The position numbers were made by a program, and so were the translations under genes. The notes under the pieces were generated by a model. That model was not told the DNA's origin and did not search any database. It was given only the letters and a program-made list of their open reading frames with translations. 64,000 nucleotides of DNA from an uncultured delta proteobacterium (GTDB taxonomy: Bacteria > Myxococcota > Kuafuiibacteriia > Kuafuiibacteriales > Kuafuiibacteriaceae), in contig CAWDML010000009.1 in assembly GCA_963803435.1 (NCBI GenBank), positions 64,001 to 128,000 on the forward strand. The letters run 5' to 3'. How positions within the stretch are numbered: the stretch's first letter is position 1; each line of letters starts with the position of its first letter. Shown piece after piece: positions 38,146 through 48,675 of the stretch.

Positions 38146-39936
38146 GTGACGTCCGACCCCAGCTCCACCCCACCCCCTGAGCCCGTCCGCTTCGCCGACA
38201 TGGCGCTGTCGCCCGAGGCCAAGGCCGGCATCGACGCGCTCGGATACGAGCTGGCCACGCCGGTGCAAGCGGCGACGTTCGGCCCTGCGATGACCGGCGC
38301 GGATCTGATGGTCCAATCGAAGACCGGCACCGGCAAGACCACAGCGTTCGGTCTCCCGCTCGTCGAGCGGATCAACCTCGACGCCAACCGCGTCGATCCC
38401 CAAGCCCTGGTGTTGTGCCCGACCCGCGAGCTCGCGATGCAGGTGGCGGAGGAGCTGGCGGAGCTCGGGGATCCGAAGGGCGTGCGCGTGCTTCCGATCT
38501 ACGGTGGCGCACCGATGGGGCCGCAGCTCAAGAGCCTGAAGGCGGGCTGCGACGTGGTGGTGGGAACACCGGGGCGGGTGCTCGATCACATCCGGCGCCG
38601 AACGTTGCGCCTGGTCCACACGCACATCGCGGTGCTCGACGAGGCCGACGAGATGTTGTCGATGGGCTTCTGGGACGAGGTCACCGCCATCCTCGATCAG
38701 CTGCCGGCGCGACGACAGACGTTCCTCTTCTCCGCGACGCTCCCCGACGAGATCCGCAAGACCGCGCAGGCGTACATGCACGACCCGCAGTCGATCGACA
38801 TCTCGCGCGACGAGCTGACGGTCGAGGGGATCGAGAACATCGCGTACGAGTACGACGACCGCTGGCCCAAGCCGCGAAACCTCCTCTACATCCTCGAGGT
38901 CGAGCGCCCCGAGAACGCGATCATCTTCTGCAACACGCGTGATGACGCCTCGGTGGTGGCCGCGTTTCTCCGGCGCCAGGGCCTTCACGCGCTGGCGCTC
39001 TCGGGCGAGCTCGCCCAGAAGGATCGCGAGCGGATCATGCGGCGCATGAAGCTCGGTGAGCTCCAGTACCTGGTGGCGACCGACATCGCCGCCCGCGGCA
39101 TCGACATCAGCGATCTCTCCCACGTGATCCTCTACTCGCTCCCCGAGTTCACCGAGGTCTATCTGCACCGCGTCGGCCGTACCGGACGCATCGGCAAGAA
39201 GGGCACGGCGGTCTCGCTGGTCACCGGCAAGGACGAGATCACGTTCAGCGCGCTGCGGCGGCAGTTCGGGATCATGTTCGAGAAGCGCGCGCTGCCGCCG
39301 ATCGAGGAGATCGAGAAGCTGCAGGCCGAGCGGGTCGCGGGCGAGCTGATCATCGAAGCGCGCGAGGTCGAGATCACGGCGTTCATGCCCCTCGCAGAGG
39401 CGCTCAGGGCGCGCGAGGGCGGCAGCTCCGTGATCGCCTATCTGCTCAAGCGTCACTTCTCGATGCTCGAGGAGGAGCGGCGCGCTGTTCCCGCCGCCAT
39501 CGGCGAGGAAGAGGAGAAGAAGAAGAAGAAGAAGAAGCGGCGCTGGGAGGAAGAGGCGAGCGCAGAGCCGGCCGCGCCCGCCGCCCCGGCCGGCGACGAG
39601 GAGCCGGAGGATTGGAAGAAGCGGCGCCGCCGCAGCAAGAAGCGCTTCGACAGCGTCACCGAGAGCGCGCCCACCACCGTGTCCGACGATATGGTGCGGC
39701 TCTTCGTGAACCGCGGCAGCACGGACTCCTACGGCGAGCACGACGTCCGCCGCCTGGTCCTGGAGGCCGCCGGCAGCCAGGATCTCGAGGCGGTGTACCG
39801 GGTCCAGCTCCGCCGCACGCACGCGTTCATCGAGGCCCGCGCGGACGTGGCCGAGGCCGCCGTCCAGAGCGCGACCCGTGGGATGGAGCGAGAGGAGAAG
39901 CCCGTCACCATCGAACGGGCGAGGACGAGAGGATGA
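38146..39936 (+). CDS. DEAD-box RNA helicase with C-terminal DbpA-like RNA-binding domain
   Basis: TGTGKT, PTRELA, LDEAD, SAT, ARGID and HRVGRTGR motifs. Confidence 0.95.
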   Translation: MTSDPSSTPPPEPVRFADMALSPEAKAGIDALGYELATPVQAATFGPAMTGADLMVQSKTGTGKTTAFGLPLVERINLDANRVDPQALVLCPTRELAMQVAEELAELGDPKGVRVLPIYGGAPMGPQLKSLKAGCDVVVGTPGRVLDHIRRRTLRLVHTHIAVLDEADEMLSMGFWDEVTAILDQLPARRQTFLFSATLPDEIRKTAQAYMHDPQSIDISRDELTVEGIENIAYEYDDRWPKPRNLLYILEVERPENAIIFCNTRDDASVVAAFLRRQGLHALALSGELAQKDRERIMRRMKLGELQYLVATDIAARGIDISDLSHVILYSLPEFTEVYLHRVGRTGRIGKKGTAVSLVTGKDEITFSALRRQFGIMFEKRALPPIEEIEKLQAERVAGELIIEAREVEITAFMPLAEALRAREGGSSVIAYLLKRHFSMLEEERRAVPAAIGEEEEKKKKKKKRRWEEEASAEPAAPAAPAGDEEPEDWKKRRRRSKKRFDSVTESAPTTVSDDMVRLFVNRGSTDSYGEHDVRRLVLEAAGSQDLEAVYRVQLRRTHAFIEARADVAEAAVQSATRGMEREEKPVTIERARTRG

Positions 39937-40658
39937 GCGCTGCCCGCACCAAGAAGAAGGTGCCCACCCGCACCCGGCGGGGGGCCAAGGCGACCCGGCC
40001 GGGGCGGCGGATGCCGCAGACCGCGTCCACGCGCACCGAGGCGGCGATGGCGGAGCGCCTCGAGTCGCTGGAGCCGGGTACGAAACGCTACGAGGTCCTG
40101 TCGATCGCGATCGAGTTCAAGCGCTCCTGGATCCACCTGGCGCGGCACCTCACCGAGGTGCGCAACGAGGCGCTCTACAAGGAGTGGGGCTACCGCACGT
40201 TCGAGGCCTACGTGCAGCACGAGCTCTACATCCGCCGCGACACGGCCACCAAGCTGGTGCGCTCGTTCGACTTCCTCAGCTCGCATGAGCGGTCGACGCT
40301 GCGCGCGGCCGAGGACCTCGATCAAGACCACGCGATCGCCCCGCTCCCGAACTTCCAGGCGCTCGACATCCTGGCGGAGGCCCGCAACAACCCGAACCTG
40401 ACCGAGCGCGACTATAAGGAGATCCGCGACACCGTCTTCCGGGACGATCCAGCGCCGAGCGCGGTCCGCAAGCTGGTCCGGGAGCGCGCCCCCGAGCCGT
40501 CCACGGCGAAGGCCGGCGATCCGAGCGAGCGCCTGCGCCGCTGTCTCGGCCTGGCCGAGCGCCTGTACGGGATGCTGCTCGAGGAGGAGGTGGCCGACAA
40601 CATCTGTGAGCACGTCGAGAAGGCGGTCGGCGGGCTCCGCAAGCTCCTCGACGAGTGA
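39933..40658 (+). CDS. Conserved hypothetical helical protein (DUF3102-like, possibly DNA-binding)
   Basis: LYKEWGYRTFEAYVQHELYI...ATKL motif; ATGA overlap with the helicase. Confidence 0.7.
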   Translation: MSAARTKKKVPTRTRRGAKATRPGRRMPQTASTRTEAAMAERLESLEPGTKRYEVLSIAIEFKRSWIHLARHLTEVRNEALYKEWGYRTFEAYVQHELYIRRDTATKLVRSFDFLSSHERSTLRAAEDLDQDHAIAPLPNFQALDILAEARNNPNLTERDYKEIRDTVFRDDPAPSAVRKLVRERAPEPSTAKAGDPSERLRRCLGLAERLYGMLLEEEVADNICEHVEKAVGGLRKLLDE

Positions 40659-40661
40659 GCC

Positions 40662-42842
40662 TCACTTCCGCTTCTTCTTGGTCTTGCCCGGCGCCTTGAG
40701 CCCGCGCGCCCGCAGGAGCGGCTCGACGCTGGGATCCCGCCCGCGGAACGCACGATAGAGCTCGGCCGCGTCCTTCGTGCCGCCCTTCGACAGGACCATC
40801 TCGCGGAAGCGCTGGCCGTTCTCCCGCGTCAGCCCACCGTGCTCGACGAACCAGTCGTAGGCGTCGTCGTCGAGCACCTCGCTCCACAGGTACGCGTAGT
40901 AGCCGGCCGCGTACCCGCCGTTCCAGATGTGCGCGAAGTAGCTGGTGCGGTAGCGGGGCGGCACCAGCGGATAGGCCACGCGAAAGCGCTCGAGCGCCTT
41001 CGCCTCGTAGGCGTCGACGTCCTCGGCGGGCGCCTCCGGAGGCAGCGTGTGCCACGCCAGGTCGAGCAGCGCGGCGGCGAGGTACTCGGTGGTCGCAAAG
41101 CCCTGGTCGAACGTGCGTGACTTCTGGATCTTCTCCACCAGCTCCGCCGGCATCGGCGCGCCGGTCTGATAGTGCTTGGCGTAGTTGGCGAGGACGGTCG
41201 GGTCCAGCGCCCAGTGCTCGTTGAACTGCGACGGGAACTCGACGAAGTCGCGCGGCACATTGGTGCCGGCCAGCGTCGGATACTTCACGTTCGAGAACAT
41301 GCCGTGCAGCGCGTGTCCGAACTCGTGGAACATGGTGGTCACGTCGTCGAAGCTGAGGAGCGCCGGCTGTCCCGGCGCGGGCTTCGTGAAGTTGCAGACG
41401 TTGAACACCACCGGCTTCGTCTCGAGGAGGCCGGCCTGATCCACGAAGCTGTCCATCCAGGCGCCGCCCGACTTGTTGTCGCGCTTGAAGTAGTCGCCAT
41501 ACCAGAGCGCCAGCGACTGGCCGTCGGCGTCGAAGACCTCGAACACGCGGACGTCGGGCTGGTAGACCGGGATGTCCTTGCGCTCCTTGAACGTGAGCCC
41601 GTAGAGACGCTCGGCCGCGAAGAACACGCCGTCCTTCAGCACGTGGTCGAGCTCGAAGTACGGCTTGATCTGGCCCTCGTCCAGCGCGTACTCGGCCTTG
41701 CGGACCTGCTCGGCGTAGTATTGCCAGTCCCAGGCCGCCAGCTGGAAACGGCCCTTCTGGCGCAGCACCAGCGCCTGCATCTTCTTCGCCTCTCCGTGCG
41801 CCTTCTCCAGCGCCGCCGGGACCATGTCGGTGAGCAGCTTCTCCGCGGTGGCGGGCGTCTTCGCCATCTGATCGTCGAGCACGTACGCCGCGTAGTCGGC
41901 AAAGCCGAGGAGCTTGGCCTTCTCGGCCCGAAGCTGTGCGAGCCGCGAGCAGATCGCCCGCGTGTCGTGGTCGTCGCCGTGCTCGGCCCGTCCCGTCGAG
42001 GCCTCGAACAATTGCTTCCGCAGCCCCCGATCCTTCAGCGTCACCTGGGCCGGCTGCTGCGTGGTGTTCTGCAGCGTCAGGACCCACTTGCCCTCGAGCT
42101 TGCGGCTCTGGGCGGCCGCGGCCGCGGCGGCGAGATCGGCCTCGCTGAGCCCCTCGAGCTGCGACTGGTCGTCGACCACGACCGCGGCGGCGTTGGTGGC
42201 GGCCAGCAGCTTCTCGTGGAACTGCGTGGTCAGCTTCGACTCCTCCTCGTTCAGCGCGCGCAGCCGCACCTTGTCGGGCTCGGGGAGCAGCGCGCCGGCG
42301 CGCGCGAAGTCGCGGTAGTAGCGCTCGACCAGCGCCTTCGACTCGGGGTCGAGATTCAGCTGGTCGCGCTGATCGTAGATCGCGCGCACCCGCGCGAAGA
42401 GCGCAGAGTTCAACAGGATCGCGTCGCGATGCGCGGTCAAGCGCGGCGCCTCCTCTGCCTCGACCTTCTGGAGCAGCTCGTCCGTGTTCGCCTGAGCGAG
42501 CGCAAAGAACACCTTGCTGGCGCGGTTCAGCAGCGTCCCGGAGCGCTCCATCGCGACGATCGTGTTGTCGAAGGTCGGCGGCTCGCTCTGGTTCGCGATC
42601 GTCTGGGCCTCCTCGAGCTGCCGCTTCATCCCCTCTTCGATCGCCGGCTGGTAGTCGCTCTCCTCGATCCGATCGAACGGGGGCGCTTGGAACGGGAGCG
42701 TGCTCGCGGTGAGGATCGGGTTGAGCCGTGCCGGCGGCGCCTTGGGTGGGGCCGCGGGCGGCGGCTGCTCGGGCTCGGGGGTGGCCGCGCCGGCGCAGGC
42801 ACCGAGCAGGAGACAGACGATGGGAGAGACGGATCGGGTCAT
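40662..42842 (-). CDS. dcp: M3 family peptidyl-dipeptidase Dcp (lipoprotein)
   Basis: KSGGAWM, FHEFGHALH, RDFVEFPSQ and GYAAGYYAYLW motifs. Confidence 0.92.
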   Translation of the reverse strand: MTRSVSPIVCLLLGACAGAATPEPEQPPPAAPPKAPPARLNPILTASTLPFQAPPFDRIEESDYQPAIEEGMKRQLEEAQTIANQSEPPTFDNTIVAMERSGTLLNRASKVFFALAQANTDELLQKVEAEEAPRLTAHRDAILLNSALFARVRAIYDQRDQLNLDPESKALVERYYRDFARAGALLPEPDKVRLRALNEEESKLTTQFHEKLLAATNAAAVVVDDQSQLEGLSEADLAAAAAAAQSRKLEGKWVLTLQNTTQQPAQVTLKDRGLRKQLFEASTGRAEHGDDHDTRAICSRLAQLRAEKAKLLGFADYAAYVLDDQMAKTPATAEKLLTDMVPAALEKAHGEAKKMQALVLRQKGRFQLAAWDWQYYAEQVRKAEYALDEGQIKPYFELDHVLKDGVFFAAERLYGLTFKERKDIPVYQPDVRVFEVFDADGQSLALWYGDYFKRDNKSGGAWMDSFVDQAGLLETKPVVFNVCNFTKPAPGQPALLSFDDVTTMFHEFGHALHGMFSNVKYPTLAGTNVPRDFVEFPSQFNEHWALDPTVLANYAKHYQTGAPMPAELVEKIQKSRTFDQGFATTEYLAAALLDLAWHTLPPEAPAEDVDAYEAKALERFRVAYPLVPPRYRTSYFAHIWNGGYAAGYYAYLWSEVLDDDAYDWFVEHGGLTRENGQRFREMVLSKGGTKDAAELYRAFRGRDPSVEPLLRARGLKAPGKTKKKRK

Positions 42843-43168
42843 GTTGCTTTTCCTCGGAGTCGGAGAGGCGTGGAGATTGCCCACGGCGGGGGCCAGCCGT
42901 CACGCGGCAAGGCCGCTTGTCGCTTGAGATTTTGTCAACGAGGCGCCCACTCCCCAGCGCGCGGGTCGAGTGCGGGGTCGCGTCGCCGCTGTGCGGCATG
43001 ATCCATCCGATCATGCCCTTGGCCCGGCGCTTGCGAGTCCCGGCCCCCAACGAGCCCAGGCCCGAGGAGGCGCTGCTCCCGGTGGGTCTATAGGAGGCCT
43101 GTCGATGCTTCCTGGGCCCTGGGTTCGAATGTTGACCTCGGGCCGGGGATAACCCAGAACGTCGCCCG

Positions 43169-45229
43169 GTGAGGTTCCCATACTTTTTGCTCCTCACGGG
43201 GGCCGCGGGCTGCGCGGTTCCGATCCGCGCGTCGATGTCGCCGTCCGAGCTCATGGCGGCGGTCGAGGACGCGGAGGTGGCCCGCGACGGCCGCGCACCC
43301 GGGGTCGAGCGGGCGCTCGGCGCCCAGCAACGCGCGCTCCGGCTGGCCGCGCTGAGGGCGCTGGCACGCACCGAGGAGGTCGGCACTTCGTCGCTGGCGG
43401 CGCAGCTGCTCGGCGATCGCGACCCGGAGGTCGCCACCTGGGCCGCCTTCGCGCTGGGCCAGATCGCCGAGCCCGAGGGTGAGGCTGCGCTGCTCGCTGC
43501 GCTCGATGGCGTGTCGGCCGTCCCCGATCAGGTCCTCCTGGCCCTCGGGCGCTGCGGCACGACCACCACCGCCGCCGCGATCGCACCGCGCCTGTCGGAT
43601 CCATCCGCGAAGATCCGCGCGGCTGCGGCGCTGGCGTTGGGCTTGATCGCGAAGCGCGTGGGTGCGTCGTTCCCGCGGGAGCGCTTCGCGGTCCAGGTGG
43701 CGCCGCTGATCCGCGACCCGAAGCACAACGTTCGCTATGGCGCGGTGTACGCGCTCATGCGGATGCCGGGCCCGACCGCGGCGGTCTCGCTGATCTCGGC
43801 GCTCGGCGACTCCGATCCGGAGATCCGCGCCAACGCCGCCCGAGGTCTCGGCGAGGCGGGCGCGGCGCCGCAGGTCCTCGATCCCGTGATCGACGATCCC
43901 GACTGGCGCGTGCGCGCCGAGGTGGTGAAGGGCCTGGGCAAGAGCAAGCAGGACGCGCCCGCGGCGGCCGTGCGCTTGCTGGCGCTGATCGATCGCGAGT
44001 TCGCGCGGTTCAAGCGCGGCGGGCTGGGATCCGGGCGATCGATGCACGTGCTGCTCGAGATCGTGAACGCCGCGGACGCGCTCGGCGAGCCGGCCGAGCG
44101 GGTGGTGGCGGCGCTCGAGCAGGCCCCCTGGAACGTCGAGGGCCTTCCGAAGGACACCGCGCCCGACCTGGCCCGGCTGTCCTGCGCCGTGGCGTTCCTC
44201 CTCGACAAGCACGAGGGCGCGCCCCGTCGCGTCCGCAAGTGTGGAGAGCCGGCGGTGACGGCCGTGCCGGAGTGGCGGCGCCTCGAGTACGTCGCCAGGC
44301 TGCTCGCCGTGGACGGCAGCGAGCGCGCGGTGGCGGCGCTGGTGGCGCTCGCCGGCCATCAGGATCCGCGAGTCCGCGCCGCGGCCGTCTCGTCGCTCGG
44401 TGACGTGGAGCGGCCCGCCTCCGCGGCGGCGCTGGTCGGGCTCCTCGACTCGAACGATCCGTTCGTGCTCAGCGCCGCCGGCGAGATCCTGGGACGTCCG
44501 GCCTTCGCCGCCTTCCAGCCCGAGGGCCTGATCTCGCGGCTCGGAGGCGTGATCGACACGCTGGTGGCGCAGCCGGACGCCGGGCTGATCGTCGGTGTGC
44601 TCGACGCCGCCGGATCGCTGGGGAAGAGCGCAGCGCCGCTGTTGCCCCGGCTCGAGGCCCTCGCGAAGGATCCGCGCTCCGCGGTCCGTCGAAGAGCGGC
44701 TCGGGCTCGCCAGGCGATAACCGGCGTGGCGGTGCCGATCCCGTACGGCCCCACCACCTCACCCCTGCCGTACACGCTTCCGCCCCCGATCCACGCGCGC
44801 GTCCCGATCGTGATCCACACGGAGCGGGGCGACATCGAGCTCGAGCTCTTCGGCGACGTCGCGCCCCGGGCCGTGGGCACCGTTGTCGATCGGGCGTCGC
44901 GCGGTCTCTACAAGAACGGGACCTTCCACCGGGTGGTGTCCGACTTCGTGATCCAGGGCGGCGATCCACGCGGCGACGGCTGGGGCGGTCCCGGGTTCAC
45001 CGTACCGGAGGAGACCTCGCCGCTGCCCTACGTCCGCGGCGCCGTCGGCATCGCCTCCAACGGTCGCGACACCGGCGGATGTCAGTTCTTCATCATGCAC
45101 GCCCGCCATCCCCACCTGGAGGGTGGCTACAGCCTCATCGGCCGCGTGCTCTCCGGGATCGACGTGGTCGATGCGATCCAGGCGGACGATCCGATCATCG
45201 ACGTCGAGGTCAAAGGCGCCGTACGATGA
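43169..45229 (+). CDS. HEAT-repeat plus cyclophilin-type peptidyl-prolyl isomerase lipoprotein
   Basis: Repeated DPxVR motifs; FHRVVSDFVIQGGDPRGDGWGGPG and GRDTGGCQFF. Confidence 0.9.
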   Translation: MRFPYFLLLTGAAGCAVPIRASMSPSELMAAVEDAEVARDGRAPGVERALGAQQRALRLAALRALARTEEVGTSSLAAQLLGDRDPEVATWAAFALGQIAEPEGEAALLAALDGVSAVPDQVLLALGRCGTTTTAAAIAPRLSDPSAKIRAAAALALGLIAKRVGASFPRERFAVQVAPLIRDPKHNVRYGAVYALMRMPGPTAAVSLISALGDSDPEIRANAARGLGEAGAAPQVLDPVIDDPDWRVRAEVVKGLGKSKQDAPAAAVRLLALIDREFARFKRGGLGSGRSMHVLLEIVNAADALGEPAERVVAALEQAPWNVEGLPKDTAPDLARLSCAVAFLLDKHEGAPRRVRKCGEPAVTAVPEWRRLEYVARLLAVDGSERAVAALVALAGHQDPRVRAAAVSSLGDVERPASAAALVGLLDSNDPFVLSAAGEILGRPAFAAFQPEGLISRLGGVIDTLVAQPDAGLIVGVLDAAGSLGKSAAPLLPRLEALAKDPRSAVRRRAARARQAITGVAVPIPYGPTTSPLPYTLPPPIHARVPIVIHTERGDIELELFGDVAPRAVGTVVDRASRGLYKNGTFHRVVSDFVIQGGDPRGDGWGGPGFTVPEETSPLPYVRGAVGIASNGRDTGGCQFFIMHARHPHLEGGYSLIGRVLSGIDVVDAIQADDPIIDVEVKGAVR

Positions 45230-46768
45230 ACGGCGTGGAGCTTTCGCCCACGCTGGTGTCGCGCCTCGGCGTGCTCGAGTCCTACGCACTCGATCCCGAG
45301 GTGACCGAGCTCCTGATCGCGGGCCCTCACAACGTCTGGGTGACGCGCGAAGGGAGAGCCGAGCGCCTCGAGGTCCGCCTCGAGGAGGGCGCGATCCGTT
45401 CGCTGGCCTCACGGCTGGTCCGCACGCTCGCGTCCCGGGAGAGCCGCGCCACGCGCACTGGGCTGGTCGCGCCCGAGCTCCACGTGAGCGTGGTGGGGAC
45501 GCCGCGCCAGGAGCGTTGCCCGGTGATCCGCTTCGTGCGCCGGCCGCTGCCCCGCCGCACGCTCAGCCAGCTGGCGGAGGAGGGCGTGCTCGATCGCGAC
45601 GCCGAGCTCCGCCTGCTCCAGGCCTGCCGCAACCGGCGCTCAATCGTGATCTCGGGACATCCGGGCTCGGGCCGGACCGACCTCCTCGCGGCGCTGGCCC
45701 GGGTGTGGAAGGAGGAGCGCCGCGTCGCGGTGCTCGAGCTGCCGGAGGGCCGGCTCGGCGCAGCGGACGTCGGTCATGTGACGCTCGCGCCCACCGTGGG
45801 GGCCGAGGGCGCTGCGCTGATCGGCGCCGACGTCATCGTCGCGGACGACGCCCCCGCCGGCCTTTGGTCGCAGCTGCTCGAATCTCGGGCGACCGTTCCT
45901 CGCCACGCTCGAGGCCTCCGACGCCCAGGGGGCCCTCGATCGGATCGTTGCTTTTTGTCTTCGAGAGCGCGCCGAGAGCTCCCACCTCGCCGGTATGGCC
46001 CTGGTGGAGTCGAGCGTCGGCCTGGTCGTCGAGATGGAGACCGCCCACGGGCGCGCGGCGCTGCGCGCCATCGCGGAGCCACAGCGGCTGAACGGACACC
46101 TCTCGGCGCGCCCGCTGATGCGGCCGCTGGCCGAGCTGGACGGTCCGCCGATGTCGCGCCTCCCTGATCTCCCCTCGAAGCCGGGAAGTGCCGCCTCCGA
46201 GCTGCGCTCGCTGGTGTCGGTGCCGAGCGAGCCGAGCGCCAGCTTTCCCGTCGAGGGGCTCGGCTTCGAGACCTCGGACATCTCGGAGATCCGGGCCGAG
46301 AGCTTGATGAGCGCCTCGTTCGTCGGGCGGCTCGCCGCGGATGTGTCGAAGCCGTTCGCCGATCCCGCCAAGGAGGTCGAGCCCCCCGAGGAGCGCGTCC
46401 CGACGCTGATCGGACGTGAGGAGAGCGGTGAGCTCGCCACCTCCGCCGGCCCCGAGCCCCGCCTCGGCGGCATGATCCCGGACCTCGGTGAGGACGAGAC
46501 CCATCCCCCGCCCGACGAGATGACGATGCACGCGGAAGCCGCCGAGATGACGCTCGAGCCCTTCGACGACCCGAGCTACGGCGACGACACCGAGAGCAAG
46601 CAGTTCAACGAGCAGACGCCGCACCTACCGTTCGAGGAGAAGAAGAAGGACTCGCTGACCGACGAGGAGATCGAAGGGATGCTGTCCGAGCTCGAGGACG
46701 TGGTCGATCTCGGAAGAAGCAACGAGGATGGATCCAAGGCCAAGCGCCGCACGCGCAAGGCGCGGTGA
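45226..46768 (+). CDS. Degenerate CpaF/TadA/VirB11-like ATPase with acidic disordered C-terminus (frameshift at ~45882)
   Basis: LDPEVTELLIAGPHNVWVTREG and IVISGHPGSGRTDLL motifs; deleting one A in GAATC (45880-45884) joins it to the 45995-46768 frame. Confidence 0.7.
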
Positions 46769-46771
46769 CCC

Positions 46772-48175
46772 GTGCGCATCGTCTTGGCAATCATCGTTTG
46801 TGCCGCCGCCTGCAGCGACCCGGGCGGCGCGGACGTCGGCACGTTCGACTCCGGGATCCACGACGCCGAGGCCCGCGAGGCCGGCGCCACCGACGCCGAG
46901 CCCGACGCAGAGCCGGTCCTCGATGTCGGCGTGCGCGACGCCGGGAGCGCGGATGTCCCGCGCTTCGACGCCGGTGGCGGTGTGTCGTGCGAGGATGCGA
47001 TCGTCTGGCCCAGCCTCGATGCGCCGCTGATCGGCGACACCCGCGGCGCCCTCCATCACGAGCGCTTCGAGTGTGCCGGGCTGGGCGGCGGCGCGATCGC
47101 GCCCGAGCGTTGGGTCGAGGTTCGGTTCGATCAACCGACGCACGCGATCGTGCGGCTCGGGACCTTCGGGTGGGACGCGGTCATGGCGGTCCGCACCTCT
47201 ACCTGTGCCGCGTTGGGCGAGATCGCCTGTCTCGACGCGCCGACGATCGTCGAGCTGCCGGACGAGGACGGCCTCCTGTTCTTCGGCGTCGACGGCTTCA
47301 CCGACGGGCAGGGACCGTTCGTCCTGCTGGGAGAGGCAGGGCCGCCGTTGACCGTGCCGCCGACCGACGCGATCTGCGAGCTCGCGCCGGTGTTCGCGCT
47401 GCCCCTGAGGCGGATCGAGCACAACTTCGGCGCCGACCACGCCGCGGTGATCGACGGCTGTCCGCTGGAGGCGCCGGTCTTCGTCCCGATCGATCTCCAA
47501 GCGCCCGGCGAGCTGTCGCTGCGCGCCGATCCACAGGCCGGACAAGACGTCTCGATCGCCGTGCTCTCCGGCTGTGGAGAGACGCTGGCCTGCGCCGCGC
47601 AGGGTGGCGCCGGACACGCCGAGGTCCTGCGCCGGCTCTCGCTCCCGGCCGGCCGCGCGACGCTGGTGGTCGGCAGCCCGCCTGGCGCCCGCGAGGGCAG
47701 CGTGGCGATCAAGGCGTCGCTCAGCGCCGGGTGTGTCGAGGATGCCGACTGTCTGCTCGGGGAGCGTTGCCTCGACAACCTCACCTGTGGGGCGCTGGCA
47801 CCGGCGAACGCCGTGGCGGCCGACGTCGACATTCCCGACGACGGCCGGGTCGTCATCCCGCTCGACGTGTCCGCGGTCTCACCAAGCCGCCCGCCCTCGA
47901 GGGTGCGGCTCCGGCTCGCGATCGAGCACGAGTTTCCGCGGGATCTGGTCGTCACGCTCGCGTCACCCGGAGGTGGGCCCCGGGTCCGCCTGCGCGATCG
48001 GCTCGACGGGACGCTCGATTCGGTCTACGGCAAGGATCGTCCGGCCGACGGTCCGGGGACGATGTTCGACTTCGGGCTGGCGGCGACGGCGACCGGGACC
48101 TGGACCCTCGAGGTCGAGGATCGGGCTCCCGGCGACGTCGGTCGTGTGACCGGGGCCGTCCTCGAAGTGGAGTAG
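46772..48175 (+). CDS. Lipoprotein with C-terminal proprotein convertase P-domain
   Basis: Lipobox AAAC; IPD...IEHEFPRDLVVTLASPGG...GTWTLEVED. Confidence 0.82.
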   Translation: MRIVLAIIVCAAACSDPGGADVGTFDSGIHDAEAREAGATDAEPDAEPVLDVGVRDAGSADVPRFDAGGGVSCEDAIVWPSLDAPLIGDTRGALHHERFECAGLGGGAIAPERWVEVRFDQPTHAIVRLGTFGWDAVMAVRTSTCAALGEIACLDAPTIVELPDEDGLLFFGVDGFTDGQGPFVLLGEAGPPLTVPPTDAICELAPVFALPLRRIEHNFGADHAAVIDGCPLEAPVFVPIDLQAPGELSLRADPQAGQDVSIAVLSGCGETLACAAQGGAGHAEVLRRLSLPAGRATLVVGSPPGAREGSVAIKASLSAGCVEDADCLLGERCLDNLTCGALAPANAVAADVDIPDDGRVVIPLDVSAVSPSRPPSRVRLRLAIEHEFPRDLVVTLASPGGGPRVRLRDRLDGTLDSVYGKDRPADGPGTMFDFGLAATATGTWTLEVEDRAPGDVGRVTGAVLEVE

Positions 48176-48177
48176 GT

Positions 48178-48639
48178 GTGGCGTCGAGACCGAGGGACGT
48201 GGCGCACGAGCTGGCGCGGTTGATCCGCGGCGAGATCGACGTCCGCGACTTCCCCTGGCTCACCGACTCCGAGCGGCGGGCGCTGGGCGCGCTCGGGATG
48301 TCGATGCTGAAGGCCGGCAAGGCGGAGGTGGCCCGGGCTGCGTTCGGGGTGTTGATCGATCTCGAGCCGGATGTCGCCGTGCATCATCTGATGGTCGGGC
48401 ACGCGGCTGCGCTTGCCGACGACGTCCAGTGGGCGTTCGAGAGCTTCGGCCGGGCCATCCGTCTGGCGGCGCAGGACGAACGCAATCAGGAGGTCGCGAG
48501 CGAAGCCTTTCTGGCGCGCGGTGATCTCCTGCTCCGACTGGGACGGGTGGTCGAAGCGCGGGCCGACCTGGCGGACGCCGCCACGCGGATGCACGACCCG
48601 GTGCGTAAGAAGTCGCTGGAGACCTTCCTGGCCTCGTGA
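48178..48639 (+). CDS. Small TPR protein, SycD/LcrH-like secretion chaperone
   Basis: 153 aa with about three TPR units; LTDSERRALGALG...ARAAFGVLIDLEP resembles class II T3SS chaperones. Confidence 0.6.
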   Translation: MASRPRDVAHELARLIRGEIDVRDFPWLTDSERRALGALGMSMLKAGKAEVARAAFGVLIDLEPDVAVHHLMVGHAAALADDVQWAFESFGRAIRLAAQDERNQEVASEAFLARGDLLLRLGRVVEARADLADAATRMHDPVRKKSLETFLAS

Positions 48640-48675
48640 GCCGGGTCGAGGGTAGACTTCGAGGAGGAGCGTTCG

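Noticed and set aside
39507-39537. (AAG)n run in the helicase gene as a phase-variation tract
   Set aside because: In-frame trinucleotide run encoding a poly-Lys linker; length changes would not switch expression
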